A program made the translations under genes and the position numbers. From the NCBI GenBank assembly GCA_000182565.2, contig KQ257452.1: 64,000 nucleotides of DNA; one strand, 5' to 3'. The stretch is from Spizellomyces punctatus DAOM BR117 (taxonomy: Eukaryota). Shown here in pieces: positions 12,955 to 25,467 of this stretch. The notes under the pieces were generated by a model. It was given only the letters and a program-made list of their open reading frames with translations, did not search any database and was not told where the DNA came from. Position 1 is the stretch's first letter, and every line of letters starts with the position of its first letter.

Positions 12955-14445
12955 ATGCCCCCACGGCCACCCATCTCTCTTCCAACCATCCACCCACCAA
13001 AACTCTCTCCTCATCCCACGCTCTACTTTAATGCGTTACAACCCCTCCGACAATGCACATTAACAAACTATGCAAGCTTTGTAAGTGTCCTTGGACGGAA
13101 ACTCTTGGGAGGGCAACGCAGATTCGTTTCGTCAACACATCGAGTGTGTACGCCAACGTCTTCAACGCCTCCCATACCCAAAACCTGTCCAGGCAAGTAC
13201 ATGCTCATTTCACTGAATTACCGGCAAACAGTAGGCACGGATGCTGATTCTCATTTTCCTATAGGATGCGGAGCCCCCTTCCAACACGTTGACCCAACCC
13301 ACATTGGCTACCTCCCCCTCAAATCCAGCACACCACCTCCATCCATAAAATACCGTCCAACAGAAGAAACCGAAACCCTCACAACACTCAAACCCCAACT
13401 CCGTACTCCAAAACCCCGAATATGCCAACGCTGTCACAATCTTCGACATCACAATAAAGGACTGATACGATCTTACCCGGATGCCGAGAAACTTTTATCG
13501 GGTGTTAAAGTCGTGCAGAAGGGATACGTTCTCCTTGTTGTCGATGTCGTGGATTTTCCTGCGAGTTTGATAAAAGGTCTCGGAAATCTGGTTGGAAACG
13601 ATAAACCCGTCATTCTCGTTGGCAATAAAGTGGATTTACTACCGGACGTCAATCGAGATAGTTTCAAGAGTGCGTTAAAAAGGGAAGCCAAAAAATCTCT
13701 AAACATCACCGACGTTCTTTTGACGAGTGCAAAAACCGGTGAAGGTCTCTTGGACCTTGTTGAACGCATTGCACCAGTTCAATCCGAAGGGACAGACCTA
13801 TTTCTTATCGGTTGCACCAATGTTGGTAAATCCGCTCTTGTCAATGCACTTGCCAAAGTCACCGGAACCGATACACCTGGTCCAACAACGTCACATATGC
13901 CCGGCACGACCATTGGCATGGTTCAAATTCCTTTAAACCTCACCAACATGGCACTCTCATCAACACCCGGCCGCATCTTTGATACACCAGGCTTATATAC
14001 CCCACACCAAATAACCCACCACCTCACAACCCAAGAACTCAAACTCGTCCTTCCAACCACCCGAATTACACCTCACCAAAAAAACCTGCGACCTGGTCAA
14101 ACACTCTTTGTTGGCGGGTTATACCGCTTTGACGCAAGAGATTCACCTCTCTCCATTACATTCTACGGAAGCAAACTCTTACCCCTTCATCGCTGTCGAA
14201 CCGTTAAAGCCGACATTTTGTACGCTAAACATTGTGGTGGTGAGCACATCATGTTCCCACCGCTTGGCCGTGCAAAAGAGTTTTTGCCGTTGAAATTGGC
14301 TACCAAAGTCAAACTGCGCGTTGGTGAGAAGGTGGAGTTGGGGTTGGGGGGTGTCGGGTGGGTGAGCTTTGAGGGACATGGTAGGGTGGATGTATTTTCT
14401 CCTGAAGGGGGGTATATTGTACCTAGAGACGTACTGTATAAATGA
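12955..14445 (+). CDS. Circularly permuted YqeH/NOA1/Gep3-type mitochondrial GTPase
   Basis: Zn finger C(PG)C...CQRC, then G4 NKVD, G5 SAK, G1 GCTNVGKS, G2 TT and G3 DTPG in permuted order. A probable GC-AG intron lies at 13193-13264. The start codon is uncertain. Confidence 0.9.
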   Translation: MPPRPPISLPTIHPPKLSPHPTLYFNALQPLRQCTLTNYASFVSVLGRKLLGGQRRFVSSTHRVCTPTSSTPPIPKTCPGKYMLISLNYRQTVGTDADSHFPIGCGAPFQHVDPTHIGYLPLKSSTPPPSIKYRPTEETETLTTLKPQLRTPKPRICQRCHNLRHHNKGLIRSYPDAEKLLSGVKVVQKGYVLLVVDVVDFPASLIKGLGNLVGNDKPVILVGNKVDLLPDVNRDSFKSALKREAKKSLNITDVLLTSAKTGEGLLDLVERIAPVQSEGTDLFLIGCTNVGKSALVNALAKVTGTDTPGPTTSHMPGTTIGMVQIPLNLTNMALSSTPGRIFDTPGLYTPHQITHHLTTQELKLVLPTTRITPHQKNLRPGQTLFVGGLYRFDARDSPLSITFYGSKLLPLHRCRTVKADILYAKHCGGEHIMFPPLGRAKEFLPLKLATKVKLRVGEKVELGLGGVGWVSFEGHGRVDVFSPEGGYIVPRDVLYK

Positions 14446-14811
14446 AAAAAAAAAACTACGTTTTGCATGTCCATGCGCTAAAGGTGTGTTTGTTTTGTGC
14501 ATGTTTTTTGTATTTGCAGAGTATAAACCCGTTAACAACATGAATTATTGTTTTTATCCTTTTTAGCAATATTCTTTTGTCGTGTAAGTCCCAAAAACAA
14601 GGGAGGAACCACGCGACAAAGGTGTGCTGAACACGAAACACTTTTCGAGCACGATTTGCAAGGGATCCCCTTGCCGAAAGATCTAACAATCCCCAATATC
14701 ATCTCACACATCTTCAATATCCATCCCCCATCATCCCCCATCAAACTAAACACATCCTTCAAAGCAAAAAAATATACACCCTTTCATCTACAAAAAAGTT
14801 TGACACATTCA

Positions 14812-16188
14812 TTAGGCCTTCCACCTCACCTTAAATCCCTCCTCCACCAAATTAAACGCCGCCCAATCCCCAACATCCTTGACACGCATCGCAACCCCCT
14901 CAATCCTCACACCCAAAACCTTTAAAACCCCCCTAAACTCCTTCAATACACCCAACACCCCATCCGAAGTCAAGTTCGCAGGTTTAATCGTCACGAATTT
15001 GAGACGCGGGAACACAGAGAGGGATCCAAGAGTTTCCCGTAGGGTGTCCAATGTCGGGTCCGTGAGTACGATGGATAGGAGGGTGAGGGGGGGTGATGGG
15101 GGCACAGCGGTCCAAAAAGAGGGAGTGGGATCCGTTAGGCCATAGAGTGTGTCAAGAGTTTTGAGGAGGAGGACAAGGTCGGGTGTGCATGGGGTTTGAG
15201 GGGGGATAGAGAGAATACGGAGGGAGGTTAGGGGAAGGAGGATAGCAGGGTCTGGTAGTGCATAGTTGGGTCCGATATGGAGTTCACAGAGATGAGAGAG
15301 AAGAGAGAGAGCAGCGAGATTTATTTCCGACTTGGCCGTGTCCTTTGGTTCATTCGCCGCTCCATTGATTTCTAACCTCTTGAGCACTGTAAACTTTCCA
15401 ATATTGTCCCACTCCACCGGGTCCTCCTTTCGTATATTCCCCAACCGTAACACCCACAAATCCTCTGCAACAGGCGTCAACCACTCCACGACATCCCGCG
15501 GCGGGAAATGCATTTCAACCACGCGCGGACACATATCCTTCAACAACGTCACAAACTGTTCCTTGAACCGCGGGGACAGGCCTTGGGGTAGGGTGATTTG
15601 CCACGGTACAATGGAAACATTTGGGACTCGTCTCGTATCATCCAATGGATGAGACCAATTCACTCGCATCAGTAGCATCCCCAAAATGGCATTCAAGTAT
15701 TCTCCCAATTGAGTTCGGTCCACGGGGACATGCTCCACAGTCGTGCACACCGTGACACCCTCCCCCGCCATACACGATCCAGTCGTCTCCGCATAACTCT
15801 TTGGCAAAACAGTCCAATATTCCAACGGTAACGGCCTCGTAATAGTCGTCTTTGGCACCGATTGTACTTGTTTTTTGGCTTTACTGCATTGTTCTTTCCA
15901 TTGTCCTGCAGATGCACCCTCCCCTGTCCAAAGCACCAAATTCATTAAAACAACACGAGGCCGCCATGTTCCATCCTTGTTCATCCTCACGCACCGCCAC
16001 CATTGTTTGCAAACAAGCGGGGCAATAACGTGGTATTCGAGGGGATCTAGCCAGCGTAACAGGGCGTACAAGGCATCATCACTGAGGACAGTGCATTTTG
16101 CAGATGGGGAGGAAACATGGAGGTTTGTGAGGGATGTTGAGAGAGATTCTAGTGCGTGCACAACGTCTATGGCTGCGTTGCTCGTCAT
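14812..16188 (-). CDS. F-box protein with C-terminal leucine-rich repeats
   Basis: F-box-like LSDDALYALLRWL...APLVCKQWWR, followed by LxxLxL repeats (LWVLRLGN, LKRLEING, LCELHIG, LRILSIP). The 5' end is uncertain. Confidence 0.7.
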   Translation of the reverse strand: MTSNAAIDVVHALESLSTSLTNLHVSSPSAKCTVLSDDALYALLRWLDPLEYHVIAPLVCKQWWRCVRMNKDGTWRPRVVLMNLVLWTGEGASAGQWKEQCSKAKKQVQSVPKTTITRPLPLEYWTVLPKSYAETTGSCMAGEGVTVCTTVEHVPVDRTQLGEYLNAILGMLLMRVNWSHPLDDTRRVPNVSIVPWQITLPQGLSPRFKEQFVTLLKDMCPRVVEMHFPPRDVVEWLTPVAEDLWVLRLGNIRKEDPVEWDNIGKFTVLKRLEINGAANEPKDTAKSEINLAALSLLSHLCELHIGPNYALPDPAILLPLTSLRILSIPPQTPCTPDLVLLLKTLDTLYGLTDPTPSFWTAVPPSPPLTLLSIVLTDPTLDTLRETLGSLSVFPRLKFVTIKPANLTSDGVLGVLKEFRGVLKVLGVRIEGVAMRVKDVGDWAAFNLVEEGFKVRWKA

Positions 16189-17773
16189 GCTGTCAACTTG
16201 TAACAAATTCAAATCTAAAATGTCCCCAACCTCCTACAATCCCGCAACTTGCTTCCCATCTCTTTGCCTCCGATCCGGATTCCATCCACCTGGTTCCATC
16301 CACTTTACATAATCATAACTCCGTTTCTCACCCTTTGAGGCTTTTTTGTTGCTGAGTAAGGCAGCTGCTTCTCAGCAGAAACAAGGAAGGTCATTCACAT
16401 AGGGATCTTGTGTAGTTGTTTATGCTTTGTTTGGCTGACTGCTTTTTCAGGTGATGTGGGATGGACCCTCAACTCCGCAAGATATGTTGGTGTCGAAAAT
16501 GTCAACTGAGAAGCCAACTAGATCGAGCGACAGGCCTCTTGCAGTGGTTCAAAGGTCTCTCGTTTGGGCTTTCTAACCCTCCAAAGTCATCATTAGGCGC
16601 TCTTCCTTGAGAAATGGGTTCTTGTGATACGCGGGGTCCAGTTCTCTGGAATTCGTAAACAGCAAACTATAAATGCGCTGCACAGCAATTTAGTCCGCCA
16701 CCAGCGCGTAAAGTCCGCTACAAACAAAAAGTCAAGCATTTCTGTGGATAGAAACTTTGCAGCATATGACAATATATTCCATGATAGAACAAAATGCTTC
16801 ATATCAGATTCATGATCGAGGAAACTGGTAAAGCTGTTGTCCAATAATTAGTAAATGAACCATGCTCCGAACTCGCGGTTTGAAGCAAACAGTAGAATTG
16901 AGATGCAGAGAAACTGTTGGGTACCTGACTCGTACAAACACCAGTGGGTGGAAACCTCTGTCTGGTCAAAACACTCACTGACCAGATTATCCAATTTCCC
17001 GCCGATATTCATGTTCATTAATGAACAGGGCTTTTTGTTTTTGTTTGGGTTTTTGTGGAATATGAAAAGCCACCATCACCCAGTTGTTTGGACTTTAATT
17101 TTTTTCATTTCTGCGATTTACTCTGCGATTATCTTTTTCTGATTCCATAATAGGTTGTGATTTACATGTTCAGATCATGAGTTGCGAACACAGATACTTT
17201 TAAGCGCTTGGATCTCCCAGCGAACAAAAGTATCAAAGTGAATAACTTACTCCAACGCATATGGTTTATCCAAGACACCAAGTCCGTGGCGTTTCCATGC
17301 ATTTCATAACTGTCCCTTCACCTCGGGACGACTGTTTACATATACCCATTCTCTCCGCTCATGGACAACCCTCATATCTATCCGTGGCCAATGCCCTCGC
17401 CTGACGTCACAAAGGTACCTATTCCACATCCAAATTGCCAGTGAATACGCCGTGGGTATTCGGGTACTTTTTTTTTTGTGGGTGTGATCGACGTTTGAAC
17501 ATTCCCGCTCTGTCGCGTGGGGCCTCTTCTATCGGTCATTCAAACACCGAGTGGCTTCGCATCATGTTGAACCTTCTCTTTTGTTTATGTTTTTCTTTTT
17601 TTTGCTCCTTTTTGAACACATTTTTCTTTGTTCTGACTTTAGTGGATTGAGATTCATGAGATGGTTTTTGAGTTCCGAAAAGGTTTAAAAAGCCAGGTTT
17701 GCATCCAATAGTTCCCAATCCAATTGGATGAGTTCTTTTCTCAATCCAGAATTTCTTGGGACGTTAACCTGTC

Positions 17774-20052
17774 ATGGCGGATACCATAGTCCAAGTTACG
17801 ATGCCGGATGTTGCATCAGTAGGGGAAGGGAAGCCAAAGAGGACGCCGCTGGATTGGCGGAGGATGAGCGTTGTGTGCTTGGTTACTTTTGTTGGTACGG
17901 GGTTCCCTTTATTCTCGAGTTCCCTTTTGCATCTGACTGATGTTATTATTCTAATCTCCAAAATGCACACTTCACTAGACCCCCTCCAATTCGGTGTCCT
18001 CCTCCCCTTCATCTACTTTATGGTCCGAGACTTTTACCCAACATCCACCCACATTGGAACCTACGTCGGTCTCATCACCTCCTCCTTCTGCCTCGCCCAA
18101 CTCGTGACGGCTTTACCTTGGGGATGGCTTTCGGACCGAGTAGGACGAAAGTGGGTCCTGGTGGCGGGGTTGCTGGGAAATGGTGTCTTTGTGGGTTTGT
18201 TTGGTGTCAGTAGGACGTTTTTGCAAGCGGTGAGTAATATGCCTGCCACCTTTTTTCAGATGATTATTGCCGTTGTTGATTTCTTGACGTTTTGTGTGCG
18301 ATTTTGCATTTCAGGTGCTGTTTCGGATGGCTTGTGGGGCATTGAACGGTAGGTAAAACCTATTTCGAACGTAATTATCCATTTCATTCCAATTACATCA
18401 ATTAAAGACAACCTTTGCATTCCCAAACAAAGGCAACGTTGGAGTCGCCAAATCCGTCATTGGTGAAATAACTGATGATAGCAACCGATCTCTCGCCTTC
18501 TCCGTCTGGGAGACTGCGTTCGGCCTCGGTGGAATCGGTATGCTTTGTCCTTTTTTACAACTGCCATTTCAAATTCAGTCACTCACGATTGCCTATAATT
18601 TCAACGCTTGCTCATAGTGGGACCCGCACTCGGTGGCCTGCTTTCTCATCCGGCTGACAAGATACCTGCCTTTAGAAATGTTGAATTCTTTCGCACCCAC
18701 CCATATTTTCTTCCTTGCCTGGTGTGTGTCGGTTTGAGTGTGTTTGGGGCTGTTCTGGCCATTGTGGGCTTTGAGGAGACATTGGGGAGGGGTGGGCAAA
18801 AGGAGAAAGAGAAAGTGGAAGGTGAAGGGGAAGATGGAGCAGAGAAGGAAGGAGAGAAAGGGTTACAAGTCAGCGATGTGAGAGGAGAGATTTTGAAATC
18901 TGCGGAAACACTTTTGGAGGAAGGGTTTGGAGGTACGGAGACTACTTCCCGACGAGGATCATCACATTCGGTCCTCTCCATTCCGGCCCTACCCACCTCC
19001 CGACGTGGGTCGATGGGTTCGGTCCTACCAGTACCTCCTCATCTACCCACCTCCCGCCGAGGTTCCAAAACGTCTCTCTCGTTCCCAGTCCCATCCTTAG
19101 GCTCCTCCCACCGTTCCTCCCGTCGAGCTTCCATCACCTCCATTGCAGCCACCGCACCGGCTCCCATATCCCACAGAGGATCAATCGTCTCGGCGGATAA
19201 CGTCAAACTCCCGAAACAATGGACCATCCGCTCCCTCCTAACAAAACGGATTCTCCTCCCTGTTCTAGCGTACGCACTGTGGGCCCTGATCCAAGTCCTA
19301 TATGACGAGACACTATCCATCTTTGCAGTTGCACCCATTTCAGCACATGGACTAGGTCTTACGTCCCAGACCCTGGGACTTGCCCTCACCTCCGCGGGCG
19401 TGATCCAGGTCTTTGCTCAGGCCGTCGTATACCCTCCTTGTGAGCAAAGATGGGGATTAGGAGCCTGTTTGAAGGCAGCTGCGGTCGGGATGGCAGTGTT
19501 TGTGTTTGGTACCGGGTTTGTTGGGGACTTGACTCGCAAGGGGCGGATTGCCGTGGTGGTCGGGTTGGTCGGGTGTTTGGTTGGGAGGACAGTGGCAATT
19601 GTTTTTGGATATATTTCCATCATGATTATGGTGCGTTTTGACTTATGCATAATTTTGAAAAGTTTAAAAATGCTAACTGAGAATGCACAATTGCTATGGT
19701 ACTAGATTAATAACTCTGCACCATCACCGTCTACCTTGGGGACCGTTCACGGCTTTGGCCAAGTTGCCTGTTCCGCGGCGAGGTAGGCTCCAATACACTC
19801 TCATCGTTGGATACTCGGGAAACCAACATCAACTTCTTTACTAGAACCATCGGACCAGCTTTTGCAGGCTTACTCTGGACCCGAGCGTCAACTAGCAATC
19901 TCCCCTTTCCCCTCGACTTTCACGTCCCTTTTATCCTTATGAGCGGTATCGCGCTTGGGTGCTGGGTGCTGGCAGTTGTAATAGAGCGGAGGGAACGGCG
20001 TGCGATGAGAGAAGCGACTTGCGTGGAGTTAGGGACGGCCTCTATGGCGTAA
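17774..20052 (+). CDS. MFS transporter (TCR/Tet-like, DHA1/ZIFL type), multi-exon
   Basis: MFS motif A WGWLSDRVGRK, GNVGVAKSVIGEITDDSNR, GPALGGLL, HPYFLPC and RTIGPAFAG; about 12 hydrophobic segments. Confidence 0.9.
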
Positions 20053-20064
20053 TTGTGTTTATCT

Positions 20065-20108
20065 GTGTGTGTGTGTTTGTGTGTGTGTGTGTTTGTGTGT
20101 GTGTGTTT
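20065..20108. repeat. (GT)n microsatellite in the MFS 3' region
   Basis: Directly visible gtgtgt...ttt gtgtgt. Confidence 0.9.
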
Positions 20109-20549
20109 GTTGTTGCTTCGTAGGTGCAGAACCCCGTGCGAGTTACGGGTTTATACCCTTTTTTTTCATTGTTGCCCTTGGAGCTGTATGTCAATATGTC
20201 CAATGAATACATATCTGTTAAATTAGTGCTTCGTGCATGCGGTAAGGCGGCCATCGCATCGATTGTTCACATGCCATGAGCACTTTATGGAGCCTAAAGT
20301 ATCTACTCTGATTTCGATCTCAGTTTTCTCTTAGGTTGTCCATACGTATCACGGCAATTAAGAAGCAATGGCAATTGCGTTTCGATCCTTCCTAGGAACC
20401 ACACCTCTCAATCTCCCGTGTTGCGTAGAGAGTCGAGGACTGACATCAGTGAGGTAAGTAAGGGGAAGCCCCGTCACTCTACCCCAAGTCGTGTTGACAA
20501 ACGCCGCTCCTATTCAACACTGTGCTAATAATCAAACCTATAACTCTGT

Positions 20550-21091
20550 TCAACGCAAAGTATCCGTGTAGCTCAATGCTGTACAGGATGCGATTCTTAA
20601 TGCCAACCATAGTTCATTAATCACCGACCAGATTGGTAGGATGGCGGATCTGGCAGTAGTCTCATGATATATCGAGTGGTCCATCAAAGGATCTGTGTAA
20701 GGATAATATGGATATGCTTGGCCATCTACCATTGCAGTAATCGAGTGCACACTCAGATGACACACTAAGAGCCAGCCTGCTAGGCATTAACCTTTGTCAA
20801 ACAGTGCTGCAGACAGAGAGGGCCATCGGGATATTGCTGTTTTATATAATCCCATACATCGTCACCCTGTTGTTGTCCATTCTCATTGCGCGACATTCCC
20901 GCTTCTTCCACTACCTGCAATGTAACTGGAATTGACGTTTCGTCCAATCTTCTTGCCCCAAGTGCTCTTATCACCCTGACCGCTTGCAGCCATCTTTGGT
21001 CCAAATGCATGGTGTGCTCTGCAACGCGCCGCAGCTTTCGGGTGTGTGCCCGAGTGCTGTCAGACAACCAACCAAGTTCCAAGTTGAACAT
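20550..21091 (-). CDS. Possible small hypothetical gene divergent from the MARCH5-like gene
   Basis: The ORF MFNLELGWLSDSTRAHTRKLRR... looks protein-like, but I could not assemble a clean splice model and found no family motif. Confidence 0.3.
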
Positions 21092-21149
21092 TGTTACTTC
21101 CCTGTCCTGATGATCAGCCCAATCTTCCACAAACAAAAAGGTGGTAGAA

Positions 21150-22694
21150 ATGGCAAAACGTCCAAATGCGCAGCAATGGCACAGCACATCACATGGTCTG
21201 ATGACAAGTTCGAGAGAGGCCTTCCAAGTCTCACCTTTTGGTCATCGAAGAACCCCCAAAGACATTTGGTACATGTCTTCAAACCCAGCACTCTTACCAC
21301 TACCACCATCTCCTTCACCACCTCTCTCTGTCGTCGCATCAACGCTCCAGGCTCACATGTCCTCTGTTCACACCATTCCACCAGCGACTCAAAACCAGAA
21401 CGAACACCGGAATCTTGAAATATCTGTCGCGTGGGAGGATTCAACAGGCGACGAGAAGAGGTGTTGGATTTGTTTTGTGGAGGAAAGGGAGGAGGATGTG
21501 TCGAAAAAAGTCCGGTGGGTGAGGCCTTGCAAATGTAAAAATTCGTTAAAGGTTAGTCGTTTGGGGAGCCATGCACTTTTGTAACGTTCCAAAGGTTGAA
21601 TGATTATCCTGTTTCATTGCAGTTTGCACATGAAGACTGTCTTTTGCGATGGATATCCGAAAAACAAGGACCAATAACAACGGACGTAAAGTGTCCTGCC
21701 TGTGGACATGTGTACGCCATTGAAGAGTAGGTATCCCTAACCGGCGCACGGTTCACGAGTTACACTACTAACGTGCTATGTGCAGATCTACCGACGTTGT
21801 TCTGGCAATTCTGACATTTGTAGACAAGTCCATTCAATCGGTGGTCCCGTATGTCACGTTGGCCGGAGTTTCAATGGCGTTTTACGTAGTGTCGACGACA
21901 TTTGGAGCATATGCAGTGATGACCATGTGTGGACCCGACGAAGGGGAACGGATCTTGAGCGAAGCGAATTGGGGATGGAGAACATGGGTTCGTATATTTT
22001 CAACATTACCTTGTGCGCATAATAGAATGGAGACGTCTAATGACATTTTTCTCGGCTTTCCAGATTGGATTACCGTTGATACCGATTGGTTTAGTGTGCT
22101 CCCGACTTACGGCAGCCGACGCTGCGCTCCCACTCTTGCCCTTTCTGGTTCTAGGAAATGATCAAATCCGTCTCAGCTTGCCACCGTCCCCTGCACTGAC
22201 GGTATGTTTGTTACCATGGGCGCGACTACTATATAATGGCGTCTGGGCGACAATTTGGCCCTGGATTGAACGAATTGGGAGACATACACCCGCACGGAAT
22301 GGGGCGGTACGGAGTGGAGGAGCGGTGGGGCAGGCGGCAGTTGCGGGACAACAGGAAGACGAGGAAGATGTGCAAGAGTTTTCGATTGGGCGACGAGATG
22401 GACAGAGGCTTGTATTGGGAAGTTTGTTATTACCTGGTGAGTTATATGGTAACCAGGTACTAGATGCTGCGGTGATGCTGATGCATGTTCTCCTTCCTAG
22501 CTGTATCGTCTTTAATGGGGACTCTATTGGGTAGTATTCCGTGGGTCCGAAACAAGGTCCCCGATCCTTTTCACCGCAACATTCTCGGAGGGTGCCTATT
22601 TGTGGTATGTAAGGATGTTGCCAGTGCGGTGTACAGGGCACATAGGAAACGACAGCGACGGACGAGGCGCGTAAGAGAGTATCGCGGAGACTAA
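21150..22694 (+). CDS. RING-CH membrane E3 ubiquitin ligase, MARCH5/MITOL-like
   Basis: RING-CH CWICF...WVRPCKCKNSLKFAHEDCLLRWI...CPACG, followed by the MARCH5-like segments TFGAYAVM, IGLPLIPIGLV, LVLGSLLLP and RNILGGCLFVVCKD. The start codon is uncertain. Confidence 0.85.
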
Positions 22695-23125
22695 ATCGAA
22701 GGGAGCTTTAATCGGCATGGGGAAGCATAGTACTAGCACCCGGATTTGCATGCTTGCGGCCAATATGTTGAACTTGCGTAAAATGTTTTGATGGGCCGTA
22801 TATACGTTTTGGCATATCATGGAGGGGTGCGCCTTCAATATAATTTTTGAAATGCTCGCTTCTAGACTTTGTTATTGAAAATCCCCATCAGTTTGCATTC
22901 CATCAAAAACCGAGAGGAAATTCTCGAGGTTCCCAAATGGGCACGTGCCGATGGTGCTTATGAAATCAATATTTGCCCAAGGTCTTTCCCCCCCGATCTG
23001 ATACCAAGTTGACGAAGCACTTGAGGCCAACGACCACCTATTGCATGCTTATTTTACTGTTCAGTTCTTGTTGCTACAATTATACAATTCCTTTTGTTCA
23101 GAAGTAGTTTACCTGTTTCTTCGTC

Positions 23126-25249
23126 ATGTCGGACGGTAAGTGTTTTTGGGACGATTATTACAGTAACTATAGATATACTGATTTAACGGTGCGCTATCCT
23201 GCAGCATCAGATGCAAAAGCCGACATTCCCCATTACCGAACCGCCGACACAAACGCCCTTGAAGCCGCATACTCAATTGGGATTAAACTCGGACAGTACG
23301 TCAACGTCTTGTCTAGATTTCATCACTTTTTCGCATATCAAAACCATTCCAAATTACAGAGGTTCATTCGGGACCGTTCGCCTCGTCCAACACAAGGAGA
23401 CAAACACAACATATGCATGTAAAATCCTGCGTAAGCGACGAGGAGCCCCCACAGCGTATGAACAAATCCAGCGAGAAGTGGCAATCATGAAACGAGTGCG
23501 GCATCCCCATATTATACAGTTGAAAGAAGTTTACGAAACACCGAAAAAGTTCTTTTTGATCATGGAGTAGTAAGTAAGATCGTAAACGAGGAACTACATT
23601 TCTGTTGGAGACAATGAGATTGACAATTGACTAATCGGCCTCAAAGTTGCAAAGGCGGCGAACTAGTCCAAAGAATCAAATCCCGACGGTCCTGTTCCGA
23701 GTCAGACGTTTGCACAATCATGTACCGTCTTGTCGACGCCATCGCTTACCTTCACGATCAAGGCATTGTGCACAGGGATATCAAACCTGAAAACATACTG
23801 GTCTCATCCGACACACCAATACCGCTACCAGGAGGTACCGGTCAATCCGATTTATATAATATAAAAGTGTCAGATTTTGGATTAGCGACTTCGGTGGATG
23901 CTTGTACAATGATGGAAAACATTGTTGGAACACCTCTATATATGGGTAAGTGCCGATTGAAGGGGATCCTTTTGTTAGCGTATAATCGATCGCAGGGGGG
24001 TTTTTTGACTCATATGTTGAGTTCAGCGCCAGAAATCGTGCAGAATCTTGGATACAGCGCACAATGTGATATCTGGAGTATCGGCGTGCTGATGTACCTC
24101 CTGTATGTTCTTTTCTTTTCAGTTTGTATTGTATTCAAATTCTGATGACTTCCTGACACTTGTGATGAACAGGCTGTGCGGGTACAGAACCGACGCAGAA
24201 AAGGCACTCCAGCAGATGATATCGGAAGGACGAATAGAGTTTCCGTCAATATTTTGGGCAGAGGTATCTCCTGGTGGTAAGTAGAGTTGGCAGAGTGAAG
24301 GGTACGCCGATGCTAAACTTTGATCATTAGCTCGCAACCTCTGCGAATCGACTTTAAGAATCGATCCCGCCAAACGAATAACGGCACGAGAAATGCTAAT
24401 GCATCCATGGCTAAACGTAACCTTTATTTTCCTTCTGTTTCAATCATTGTATGTCATCCTAACACGGCGTCGTGCTCTCCACTGAAGGGCGAAGCAAGTG
24501 CAACGCCAATATCAGCTACAGTACTCGATCTAATGCGTTCCTACAATGCTGAGCGCAGGTTTCGCAAAATAGCAAACACGATTCTCGCGACCATCCGACT
24601 TCGGTCTTCCGACGGCACAATAAAATCCTTCCCTGCACCCTTTGAAAAGAACTCTCAACAGGGCTCTGAATCATCACTATCAGATCTAAGTCAATGCAGC
24701 AGCCATGAATCTATAGATTGTTTGACGGATGATGATCTACTAGGAATTAAACCCGCCTTGCAAGCTAAAAGCCTTGTGTACATTAAAACCACTGCAAAAA
24801 AGCCAAGCAGTACCGACCGGGATAGGGCCTGCCGAAGTGTCGCCAGTCTCACAGCAACGGAAACCGAACAATCTTCCATGAAACCCCCGAGATTAGCATC
24901 GACGGAGCGTTTGAGATCATTGCAGGATGCAACAACAAAACCAAGAAAACCATCCTCCCAAACTTCGCGCAGGACACCCACACCTGATTCAACCATGCCC
25001 TCCCTACTTCCCCCGGCTTCACCAAAATCCCAAACATACTTGAAAAAACGCGTACCTTTACCATCGACATCTCCAAAACGATATTCGCGGACCAACACGC
25101 CGGGTGGAACCCCACCGTCCACACTACCTCGTTCAATGGGAAGTGCGAGTGTCAGCCTCCTACCTATTGTTAAAGCCGCTCGGCAGCGGAGCAAAAAAGA
25201 CGACGACGCGGAAGATCGTGTGCTACGAATTGGCGAGCTGAAAAGTTGA
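23126..25249 (+). CDS. CAMK-group Ser/Thr kinase, STK33-like
   Basis: [29 protein letters not shown] resembles the STK33 N-terminus. Other motifs are [44 protein letters not shown] and the post-kinase segment [10 protein letters not shown] long S/T/P-rich tail follows. Confidence 0.88.
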
Positions 25250-25467
25250 TTCGAGAGAATTACATTGACTGAATCCTCCTGACTAAATTGTATATGTGAT
25301 GATATATATGTGACTCGATACGATGTACTGTTGTTTTCTTTTTGATGAATTCCAAGTGCACTACCATACTGTGAATGTCTGCATCAGTCATTTCGCACCA
25401 GAATATTACAGAACCGAAATGTCGTTCTACATCATTCTCTATCTACACCTTTCCTTCCGTTTCCCAA

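Noticed and set aside
17774..20052. MFS transporter as the ArsJ partner of the atypical GAPDH
   Set aside because: Its motifs are those of the TCR/Tet-like family, I see no ArsJ-like sequence, and it lies ~19 kb away with unrelated genes in between.
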